Shown here piece by piece: positions 19,208 through 26,896 of a stretch of 32,000 nt of DNA. The position numbers were made by a program, and so were the translations under genes. Within the stretch, counting starts at the first letter, position 1. The number at the start of each line of letters is the position of its first letter. The notes below the pieces were generated by a model. It did not search any database. It had not been told where the DNA came from and saw nothing but the letters and a program-made list of their open reading frames with translations. The DNA comes from Candidatus Jordarchaeales archaeon (lineage in GTDB: Archaea > Asgardarchaeota > Jordiarchaeia > Jordiarchaeales > Freyrarchaeaceae): the NCBI GenBank assembly GCA_038889235.1, contig JAWAHN010000003.1:263703-295702 (forward strand). The letters are read 5' to 3'.

Positions 19208-19585
19208 AAGCTCTCCATCCTTTTCCGCGACAACGGCAAAAATAAAATCCACTACCTTAAATTTAAGAATTACCGTTCCACAAAGTGCCCGGTCCCTCTG
19301 AGACTAGCGGCAGCTCTAGAGAAGGTGGCCAGTTAGGCTGCGTGAGACGTGAAAGCCAGCGCAGTTTCCTGAACAAGTTAAAGTGTAAGGGTGACCAGAG
19401 GAGATGGGAACTCACCGAGGGGCTTTGTCTAGACAAAGAGTAACTTTAAGTCGCTTGAAACAAGGAAGTTAAGACCGCTTCTGTAATTGGACGGGTACAA
19501 GGAAGTTGGCTTCCCGGTAGGGCTTCAGTGAAACTATCACTCGTTTAAAAATTTGAGAGAGCGGTGAAATTTTTCTCGTGTAGGG

Positions 19586-20254
19586 GTGGGATGCTTGAAC
19601 CAAGATGAGGTGAAGGGGGCTCTGGCGGCTATAGAGAGACTTTACGGCGGTCCTGAAGAGTGGTGGAGGGGGCTTTCAGCTTTCGAAATACTCGTCGCGA
19701 CGATAATATCGCAGAACACTAATAGCAAGAACACGAGCGCCGCCTTCAAAAGGCTTAGAGGACGCTTCAACGTGAGCCCGGAAGTGTTAGCAGTCGCCCC
19801 CCTTGAGGAGCTTGAGGAGTGCTTGAGGCCAGCTGGCCTCTATAAAGTGAAGGCTAAGAGGATTAAGGAGGTTTCAACACTTCTTTCAGCGAGGGAGGGG
19901 GGACTAGAGGCCATTCTAGAGAAGCCGCTGGATGAGGCTCGAAGAGAGCTTATGAGCCTACCGGGAGTTGGGTGGAAGACAGCAGACGTTGTCCTGAGCT
20001 TCGCTGCGGGTAGGGCGACCTTCCCAGTGGATACGCACATTGCAAGGATAGCGAAGAGGTGGGGGATTGTCAGCGAGAAAGCAGGCTACGAGGAGATAAG
20101 CGAAGCATTTAAGAAAGTCGTGGGTGAGGGAGAGAGGAAAAAGATCCACCTTATGCTGATAAGGTTCGGGAGAGAGTACTGTACAGCCAGATCCCCGAAG
20201 TGCGACAAGTGCCCCGTTAAGCCACCGTGCAAGGGCGTGGCAACAAGAGCATGA
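19586..20254 (+). CDS. nth: Endonuclease III (HhH-GPD, 4Fe-4S)
   Basis: FEILVATIISQNT, LPGVGWKTADVVL (HhH, catalytic K), FPVDTHI (catalytic D) and C-x6-C-x2-C-x5-C. Confidence 0.93.
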   Translation: MGCLNQDEVKGALAAIERLYGGPEEWWRGLSAFEILVATIISQNTNSKNTSAAFKRLRGRFNVSPEVLAVAPLEELEECLRPAGLYKVKAKRIKEVSTLLSAREGGLEAILEKPLDEARRELMSLPGVGWKTADVVLSFAAGRATFPVDTHIARIAKRWGIVSEKAGYEEISEAFKKVVGEGERKKIHLMLIRFGREYCTARSPKCDKCPVKPPCKGVATRA

Positions 20255-20450
20255 AGTCGCGAGAAATGACGAAAGCCAACTTAATGATGGCGAAAAGTTC
20301 AAACAAAACCCGTATCTTTTAACGTAGAACATAATTTATATTACAAAAAATACAATTATCAATAAATATTTACCAAAAGATATATAACGAAGCATGCACT
20401 TGGTGTATTGCAACGCCCTAGGTGGGGCGTTAACACCGGCGGTGGATCTG

Positions 20451-20912
20451 ATGTCCCTAATAAACCCGCTTTACAATGCGATATGCTTTGGCACTCTCAT
20501 GAGCGCTATAGACAAGATAGGAATTCCACTCCCACTAGTGGCAAGGCAGGCTTCGGAGATACTAGCCCCGATAGTCAAAGACCTTGCAAAGACCATTTTG
20601 GGAAATGAAAAACTTCCGGAAAAATTGAGTGAGTTAATGAGTTTTGCAAAGGAAGTCTTGGAGCGCAACGGTGTAGCAGAAAAAATAGAAATGAGAATTA
20701 CTGAAAGCCAGGTTAAAATGAGAATTTTAAGGTGTATGTATCTTGACGTCGCCGGTTTCAGTAAGACTTTGGGTTATAGTGCATGTCCGATCTGCCTTTA
20801 CGTGTTAATGTTTGCTGCAGCTCTTAGCGCAATAAAACTGGCAGAAGTCTCTAAAGCAACGTTCGAAAATAACGGCAGCGAGTGCAACATAGAGCTAACC
20901 CTACTAGTTTGA
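20451..20912 (+). CDS. Hypothetical protein, V4R/hydrocarbon-binding-like fold
   Basis: Helical N-terminus followed by beta strands with C-M-Y, A-C-P-I-C and terminal E-C-N-I-E-L, the cysteine pattern of V4R-like domains. ATG 20451 follows GGCGGTGG, with a TATA-like AAAGATATATAAC upstream. Confidence 0.55.
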   Translation: MSLINPLYNAICFGTLMSAIDKIGIPLPLVARQASEILAPIVKDLAKTILGNEKLPEKLSELMSFAKEVLERNGVAEKIEMRITESQVKMRILRCMYLDVAGFSKTLGYSACPICLYVLMFAAALSAIKLAEVSKATFENNGSECNIELTLLV

Positions 20913-20935
20913 AAGTATCTTGGAGGTGGAGTGTT

Positions 20936-21316
20936 TTGTCTAAGAGGTGGCGTGAGGAGTTGGAGAAAATCCTTAAGGAGATGGAGGCGGGCGACCCGGA
21001 TGTTGAGGCTTCGGCTATTGTTAGGACTGATGGGCTCGTTATGGCTTCAGCCCTACCGAAGAGTGCAGACGAAGGACTAATAGCGGCGATGAGCGCAGCA
21101 ATACTAAACATAGGCTCAAGAGCACTAAGCGAACTAGCAAAAGGAGAACTAGAAAAAATAATCGTCAGCGGAAACAAAGGAGACATAACAATAATAGGAG
21201 TCGGAAAAGAGGCCGTTCTCTCGGCCATAACGAGGCCGGGGGCAAACATAGGACTACTGCTCGTCGAAATGGCGAGGGCAAAGGAGAAAGTGCAATCCTT
21301 ACTAAAATCAATGTAA
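20936..21316 (+). CDS. Roadblock/LC7 domain protein
   Basis: DVEASAIVRTDGLVMASALP, IAAMSAAIL.IG.R...EL.KG.L and GLLLVEM. TTG start follows a strong GGAGGTGG RBS; the upstream part of the tracked ORF overlaps the previous gene. Confidence 0.9.
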   Translation: MSKRWREELEKILKEMEAGDPDVEASAIVRTDGLVMASALPKSADEGLIAAMSAAILNIGSRALSELAKGELEKIIVSGNKGDITIIGVGKEAVLSAITRPGANIGLLLVEMARAKEKVQSLLKSM

Positions 21317-21350
21317 GGCAGAAAGAGGGAGCCCGCAAACGTGTTCATTT

Positions 21351-21377
21351 CCCTTCAGCTTCTTTCCCTCTTTTTTA
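21351..21377 (+). terminator. Putative oligo(T) archaeal terminator after the V4R-roadblock pair
   Basis: Pyrimidine tract TTCTTTCCCTCTTTTTT about 45-60 nt downstream of the roadblock stop. Confidence 0.4.
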
Positions 21378-21491
21378 AATTAAAAAGTTGCTGCTGTTCT
21401 CTTTTTGTGCTGTAAGTGTCATGGTGCCCCCTGGGTTTTCCTCAACCTTTTTATTGTTGTTGTATGCCACTTGTAAGTGGGAGGTGGGTGC

Positions 21492-22136
21492 TTGGTTAGG
21501 GTTAAATGGTGGGGTCACGCGTGTTTCGAGATAAAGGGGAGTAGCGTCACTGTTGTCACTGACCCTCACGGTGGCACTGTTGGTTTACCTGAGCCTGAAG
21601 CTAAGGGCGACTTAGTTTTGGCCTCCCACGACCACTTCGACCACGCTACTGGGATAGACAGGGTGAAAGCAAAGGGGGGCGAGGCGCTCATAGGCTTCAC
21701 GGGGGAGAAAGTTGTTAAGGGTGTTCCCGTTAAGGGGATAGCTTCGTACCATGATCCCAGGAAGGGCTCCCTTAGGGGGAAGAACAGCATATATGTGTTT
21801 ACAGTTGACAATGTGCGTTTCTGCCACTTGGGAGACCTGGGACATGTGCCGACCGACGACCAGGTTAGGGAGATCGGCGAGGTGGACGTCCTATTTATAC
21901 CGGTTGGCGGCGTCTACACGATAGACGCTAAGGAGGCTAGTGAGACAATCAAGAAGGTGAAAGCAAAGGTTGTTGTGCCGATGCATTACAAGGTGCCGAA
22001 GCTCAACCTCAACATAGGAGGAGTCGAGGAGTTCATTAGGGACAAGAAGAACGTGAAGAGGATAGGCGGGCCCGAGTTCGAGGTTGAAGCCGGAAAACTG
22101 CCCGCGGAACAGGAGATATGGGTCTTAAGCTTCTAA
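21492..22136 (+). CDS. MBL-fold metallo-hydrolase (Lactamase_B_3-like)
   Basis: WWGHACF, TDPH, SHDHFDH, CHLGDLGH, IPVGG.YT and PMHY. TTG follows a GGAGGTG RBS. Confidence 0.9.
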   Translation: MVRVKWWGHACFEIKGSSVTVVTDPHGGTVGLPEPEAKGDLVLASHDHFDHATGIDRVKAKGGEALIGFTGEKVVKGVPVKGIASYHDPRKGSLRGKNSIYVFTVDNVRFCHLGDLGHVPTDDQVREIGEVDVLFIPVGGVYTIDAKEASETIKKVKAKVVVPMHYKVPKLNLNIGGVEEFIRDKKNVKRIGGPEFEVEAGKLPAEQEIWVLSF

Positions 22137-22165
22137 ACCCCCCTTTTTCCGTGGGCTCATCTAGG

Positions 22166-22423
22166 CTATTTTGGTAGAAGTTTTTCGAGAACCGTTCTCC
22201 CCTTATTTGACAGGGTTATTTTTCCTTCGTCTTCCTCGACGAGCCCCAATTCCTTTAGCGTGTTAAACTTGGATTTAGCCACACGCTCGTTTAGGCCGGA
22301 GACTCTCACCACTTCCTCTATAGTCGTGGCGCCCATGTGTATTGCGATGAGCAGCTTGACGCCACCTTCTCCTATCAGGATTGCGGCTTCGACGCCATAC
22401 AGGCGTTTACCCATCAACATCAC
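22166..22423 (-). CDS. Small winged-helix DNA-binding protein
   Basis: TIEEVVRVSGLNERVAKSKFNTLKELGLVEE..G.ITLSNKG is a wHTH pattern. It begins 2 nt after the stop of the upstream wHTH gene. Confidence 0.65.
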   Translation of the reverse strand: MMLMGKRLYGVEAAILIGEGGVKLLIAIHMGATTIEEVVRVSGLNERVAKSKFNTLKELGLVEEDEGKITLSNKGRTVLEKLLPK

Positions 22424-22425
22424 TT

Positions 22426-23115
22426 CTACACGCGTATCTTCGAGAGGTCTATCGTGAGCACCCTTTCACTCTCATAGGGCCCTGTTGGTTTAAGCTTTAT
22501 CGTGAGGGAGCTTGCTTGGATCGATTTGAGTTCGGGGCTTAGCCTCTCACTGTGAAGCCTATCCATGAGAAAGTCGACAAAGCTGGGGGAGATCTTTTTA
22601 ACTTCGCCACTCACTATGGCTTCCCCGGCTTCGCCCAAGTAGTACTTGTTCCGCCTTCCCTCCTTTTTAACCTGGATTAAGCCCGCCTTAATCATTCTCT
22701 TAATATGCCACCTCATCGTGTCCTGGTGGAGGCCGAAACGCTCCACTATCTCCGACGGGCTTATCCCCGGGTTTGAAACCACGATGTCAAATATCCTTCG
22801 GACGTTTTCGTTCCTTAGAAGAAGGAGGGCTTTCTCTATCTTAGCGCTTCTAAGGTGCTTGGGGAAGAATATGACTCGGCCCCCGAACTTCACTTTCTCG
22901 AGAAGCCCTTCAGCCTCTAGTACTCTGAGATGCCAGGTGAGCGTCCCTGTCGGGATCGAGAGGGCGTTGGCGATCTCGAAGAAGTACGCTCCGGGGTTTT
23001 CGCAAATCCAACGGTAGACCTCTTGCCTCACCGGATGTTCAAGGCACCCGAACCGTTTACTAAGCAGCGTTAAACCCTCCCGCAAACATTTCTTAATAAT
23101 ATTTGGGAAGTTCAA
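22426..23115 (-). CDS. Tandem winged-helix transcriptional regulator (COG3398/ArsR-like)
   Basis: Two wHTH units: HPVRQEVY..I..NPG.YF.EI...L....GTLTWHL..LE and R.IF..V..NPGIS..EI..........WHI..M...GLI...KEGR...Y. Exact start uncertain. Confidence 0.85.
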   Translation of the reverse strand: MNFPNIIKKCLREGLTLLSKRFGCLEHPVRQEVYRWICENPGAYFFEIANALSIPTGTLTWHLRVLEAEGLLEKVKFGGRVIFFPKHLRSAKIEKALLLLRNENVRRIFDIVVSNPGISPSEIVERFGLHQDTMRWHIKRMIKAGLIQVKKEGRRNKYYLGEAGEAIVSGEVKKISPSFVDFLMDRLHSERLSPELKSIQASSLTIKLKPTGPYESERVLTIDLSKIRV

Positions 23116-23287
23116 AATTAAAAGATTTATGCATTACAAAAAGTACAATCAATGGTTCCAGAGTGGGCAACCTGCTCGAGATTGTTTCGGTCGGATGGTT
23201 GAAAAGGGGCCCAGCGGGGTAAAGATTTATAGTTGCTGGTCGACTTAAATGCTATCGGCTTTCCTCTCTCGAGGAAGGGTGTGCGGG

Positions 23288-24208
23288 ATGCGGTCGGTGT
23301 CCGTTGTCATATGCACATTTAACCGCAGGGACGACGCCATTAAGTGCCTTGAAAGCGTTTTGGCACAAGACTACCAGAACTTCGACGTTTGGGTGATCGA
23401 CGACGCGTCTACCGATGGGACTTACGAAGCCATACTGGACTACTTTGGGAGGGAAAAGAGACTTCACGTTTTGAGGAATGAGGTTGAGCTGGGAAACACC
23501 GCGTCTAGGAATATCGCCATGCGCATGTCTAAGGGTGAGATCATAGCATCCACAGACGACGACTGTGTCGTAGCTGAGGATTGGCTTTCAAACCTCGTGA
23601 GGGTGTTCGACGAAGGGGAGGATATAGGTCTGGTGACGGGCAGGGTTCTGCCGATATTCTACACTCCTATGCCGAAGTGGCTTAAGCCCCCCATATACCC
23701 GATCATAGCGGTGAGAACGGAGAAGGAGAGGGCGGAGCACCTTCCACCTCACGGCTGCAACATGGCTGTGAGGAGGGACGTCATGGAAAAGGTGAACTAT
23801 CTCAACGAGAACATAACGAGAAAGTACGGTTCACTTTACTCCGGGGAGGACACCGACCTTGGAAGGCGTGTGAGAGCGGCAGGGTACAGAGTGGTGTACA
23901 CTCCCGACGCCGTGGTCTGGCACAGAGTGTACCCGTACAGGCTTACGAGGAGACACTTCATCAGGAGAGCTCTCTATTTTGGAATGTCCGAGGTGATCTT
24001 CTCTGGTAAGACGACGTGGGGTATTCTTGACGCGGCGGCAAACATAACAGCGTACTTCGTAAGGTACATTATTAGGCCAAGATTCTACAACCTGACGCTC
24101 ATAGCTTATAAGCTTGGATGGCTGATTAAGGCGCTCGGGGGAGGAGAGGAGGAGGCCGCGAAGGCCGAGGAGTGGTTCATGAGATTTGCTCAAAAAGCAA
24201 AGGAGTAG
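23288..24208 (+). CDS. Glycosyltransferase family 2
   Basis: SVVICTFNR, IDDASTDGT, SRN.A, TDDD (DxD), GCNMAVRR and GEDTDL..R. Likely start is ATG 23288. Confidence 0.92.
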   Translation: MRSVSVVICTFNRRDDAIKCLESVLAQDYQNFDVWVIDDASTDGTYEAILDYFGREKRLHVLRNEVELGNTASRNIAMRMSKGEIIASTDDDCVVAEDWLSNLVRVFDEGEDIGLVTGRVLPIFYTPMPKWLKPPIYPIIAVRTEKERAEHLPPHGCNMAVRRDVMEKVNYLNENITRKYGSLYSGEDTDLGRRVRAAGYRVVYTPDAVVWHRVYPYRLTRRHFIRRALYFGMSEVIFSGKTTWGILDAAANITAYFVRYIIRPRFYNLTLIAYKLGWLIKALGGGEEEAAKAEEWFMRFAQKAKE

Positions 24209-24226
24209 ATATTGGAGGAGTAAAGG

Positions 24227-24583
24227 ATGATGAGGGATGTAAACAAGTACTGCGCATCGGAGAAAATGAAGACGCTCTTAATGCTCTCGTCGTCGGCGAT
24301 AATATGGTATCATTCTTGTTCTCAAAGTGGGAAGGAGCCAGACGGGAGAGAGGTGCTCAACTGGTTGATGGACTACATAAGGAGCGAAGCGGACTTGATA
24401 TCGTCTACGAGTAACTCCACCCTTCTAAAGCACGCACTGTGTATTTTTGGGGAGGCCAGCGAGAACGTAGCTGCAGGGAGGCTAGAGGACGCTGTGAGGA
24501 GAATATCTGAGGCGTTGTGCAAGGTAACAACCCAGGCAGACTACTCGATGAGAAGACTTGAAAAAAAGGGTAGTGATAGTTGA
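24227..24583 (+). CDS. Hypothetical all-helical protein (118 aa)
   Basis: GGAGG RBS, co-oriented 18 nt after the GT2 gene, amphipathic helices. No motif recognised. Confidence 0.65.
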   Translation: MMRDVNKYCASEKMKTLLMLSSSAIIWYHSCSQSGKEPDGREVLNWLMDYIRSEADLISSTSNSTLLKHALCIFGEASENVAAGRLEDAVRRISEALCKVTTQADYSMRRLEKKGSDS

Positions 24584-24584
24584 G

Positions 24585-25103
24585 TTACAAGGCTGTAGCC
24601 TTGACACTATAGATTAAGATCATACGGAAGTCTTGGTTGAAGGTTACGGCGTAAGGCATCGACGTAGTATCATCGAAACTTGGAACCATGCCAAAGCATT
24701 GGTCGACTATTCTCCAACCGCTCGGCCAAACGTTCTTCAGAAGGAAAGCGGCTACTATGAGGTAGCCTTTACCCTCAACGTTAATACTGGCCACGGGGTT
24801 AAAGTAGTCTTGGGTTACCGCTGAGGATCCTGCGAAGTGCCACCCCGTTGTCCCATTGCCGAAAGTCACCGCCGCCTTCACGCCAGCTGAATCTACAGCC
24901 AAGAAAACAAACAGTATGACGTCCCCACTCTCCTGAACATAGTAAATTGGAACTGCCAGGTTTAACTTGTAGCTAGGTCTCTGCTCAGCTTCAACGTTCC
25001 CAGCGGCTGTGGGAGACGCCGGCAGCGCTAGAGACGCGGCTGGCAGAAGCGAGGCCAACAGTATCACTAGGATTATTGAAAATGTAACCGCCAGACTTCT
25101 CAA
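24585..25103 (-). CDS. Hypothetical secreted beta-rich protein
   Basis: Signal-peptide-like N-terminus MRSLAVTFSIILVILLASLLPAASLA, GGAGG RBS, and its own TATA-like TTTATA near 25160. Confidence 0.65.
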   Translation of the reverse strand: MRSLAVTFSIILVILLASLLPAASLALPASPTAAGNVEAEQRPSYKLNLAVPIYYVQESGDVILFVFLAVDSAGVKAAVTFGNGTTGWHFAGSSAVTQDYFNPVASINVEGKGYLIVAAFLLKNVWPSGWRIVDQCFGMVPSFDDTTSMPYAVTFNQDFRMILIYSVKATAL

Positions 25104-25178
25104 GGTTTCCGAATCCCTCCACTTACAGCTTGTTTGGGTAAAAGGGAAAGGGCTACTAATATAAATCTTAACGTGCAG

Positions 25179-25775
25179 TCAAAGCGGCCTTAGAGCGCAA
25201 GATGGGCGACGCCTGCCAGTAGCTCCCCTCCTGACGGCTTCCATGAAACGCTTTTTGATTTTATGTGGTGAGAGGGGTATTATTGGGACGTCCGCGTTCC
25301 CCTTCTCCACCTTTGCAACTATGACCGTCGTCCTCCCCTCCGATTCCCTAAACGCCTTTTTAAGCTCCTCGCACGTGCTCACTTCGAAGACGTTTTCCAC
25401 TCCAGCCGCCTTCGCCAACTTCGCCAAGCTCGTTTTACCAGCGGTATAGCTTGGCTGCCCACCAGTCGTGGAGTAGGACTCGTTGTCCAAGACTATGAGC
25501 GTCAGGTTTGGAGGGGACTGGTTTGCTATGGTAACTAGCGAGCCAAGATTCATGAGCAGTGAGCCGTCGCCGTCGAACACTACAACTCTCTTACTAGTTG
25601 AGAGAGCCAAGCCTAAACCGATGGAGGAAGCTAGCCCCATTGAACCCAACATGTAGAAGTTTTCGTCCCTATCTCTGACACTGTAAAGCTCACGCGACGG
25701 GTAACCTATGTTGCAGACGACCAGCTCGCCGTCGAGCTCTTCAACCACGCATTTTATTGCCTCAATCCTCTTCAC
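25179..25775 (-). CDS. comE: Sulfopyruvate decarboxylase beta subunit-like (TPP-binding)
   Basis: CNIGYPSREL, NFYMLGSMGLASSIGLGLA and the TPP motif GDGSLLMNLG...DN. Substrate (sulfo- or phosphonopyruvate) is not resolvable from motifs. Confidence 0.82.
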   Translation of the reverse strand: MKRIEAIKCVVEELDGELVVCNIGYPSRELYSVRDRDENFYMLGSMGLASSIGLGLALSTSKRVVVFDGDGSLLMNLGSLVTIANQSPPNLTLIVLDNESYSTTGGQPSYTAGKTSLAKLAKAAGVENVFEVSTCEELKKAFRESEGRTTVIVAKVEKGNADVPIIPLSPHKIKKRFMEAVRRGATGRRRPSCALRPL

Positions 25776-26262
25776 AGAGCTCCCTCCTTAATATGACAGC
25801 GACTGGAAGTTCATCCTTCCACGAGCGCTCAGCCGCTTCAACAATATGGCTCTCAAGCTGCTGAAGGGACTCTGGAACATAGAACGGTATGCAGGCAGCC
25901 TTTAGAATTGGGATCGTGGCCTCACCCATAGGTATCTGGGCAACTATCTTTTCCCCCCTACCCCCCCTCTGAGATATGAGCATTAACAATGGTATGCCGA
26001 AAGTCTTGTTAAGTGAAAGCAGGGCATTCAGGCAGTTGCCTAGGCCACTGTTTTGCATCAATATTACGGGCCTCCTCCCACCCAGGTAGGCTCCAGCGGC
26101 GACTCCAACACCCTCCTCCTCCCTGGTAACTGGGATGTGCGTTATTCCGACGCTCTCAAGCTTCTCGAGCACCTCTGCAAACAAGGCGTCGGGAACGGAG
26201 ACTGCGAAATCGATTCTAGCCTTAAGGAGGGATTGAAGTATCGTCCAAGTCAGGGGTTTCAT
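25762..26262 (-). CDS. comD: Sulfopyruvate decarboxylase alpha subunit-like
   Basis: SVPD, TREEEGVGVAAGAYLGG, LMQNSGLGN..NAL, P.LMLISQRG and Q.PMG. 14-nt overlap with comE. Confidence 0.82.
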   Translation of the reverse strand: MKPLTWTILQSLLKARIDFAVSVPDALFAEVLEKLESVGITHIPVTREEEGVGVAAGAYLGGRRPVILMQNSGLGNCLNALLSLNKTFGIPLLMLISQRGGRGEKIVAQIPMGEATIPILKAACIPFYVPESLQQLESHIVEAAERSWKDELPVAVILRRELCEED

Positions 26263-26272
26263 GCTTCAGCCC

Positions 26273-26896
26273 TCAGCTAACATCACAAGTAGGTGCGCTT
26301 TTTAACTTGACGAGGCCAACGGCAACCCTGTAGGCGGCTGTAAGGTGAGAGGCAACGCAACACACGACTAGCCCAACCATGGGGGTGTAAGGGTGAACCG
26401 GGTAGAGGAGTGAGGAGATCGAAAGAATGAGGAGTCTCTCGGACCTCGCAGCTAAACCGACGTCAAGCTGCACCCCCTCAACCTCACCCCTAGCCCTAAC
26501 ATAGCTCACCATTAGGAAGCCGGCGGCGGCCAGCACAGCCCAGACGTCAGTTGGAAGCACCAAGTGGAAGCCGTCAGCCTCGCGCCAGAAAACGAAGCCT
26601 ATCACAGCTACTACGTCCGAGTACCTGTCTGCCAGTGAGTCGAAGAGGCCGCCGAAGATCGTGACTTTCCCCGTCAGCCGGGCAAGGGCCCCGTCAACTC
26701 CATCCAAGAAACCCGAGAGGAAAACAAGTAAACCGTAGACAACCGGGTGCCCTAATGCCAGCAGAAGCGATGCGAGGAGGGACGAGAGCAGAGATGCGAG
26801 AGTCACTTGGTTTGGGCTCAGCCCGGCGTTGGCGCACACGCCCGCTACCCAGTAGACGGCGGGCCGAAAAAACCTCCTAACTCTATACTTGCTCAA
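26273..26896 (-). CDS. CDP-alcohol phosphatidyltransferase (PgsA / archaetidylinositol-phosphate synthase-like)
   Basis: PN.VT and the signature DG.DG.LAR.......G...D...DR..D, plus SYVRAR.E and R.ERL; hydrophobic. TTG start overlaps the upstream stop (TTGA, 26893-26896). Confidence 0.9.
   Translation of the reverse strand: MSKYRVRRFFRPAVYWVAGVCANAGLSPNQVTLASLLSSLLASLLLALGHPVVYGLLVFLSGFLDGVDGALARLTGKVTIFGGLFDSLADRYSDVVAVIGFVFWREADGFHLVLPTDVWAVLAAAGFLMVSYVRARGEVEGVQLDVGLAARSERLLILSISSLLYPVHPYTPMVGLVVCCVASHLTAAYRVAVGLVKLKSAPTCDVS

Noticed and set aside
17939-19252. Calling this GT4 a trehalose synthase (TreT)
   Set aside because: It has HDWQ/TWHVPF/ARIDPVK rather than the HDPQP/WRCHID/SRFDPWK pattern I associate with TreT, so it is left as generic GT4.
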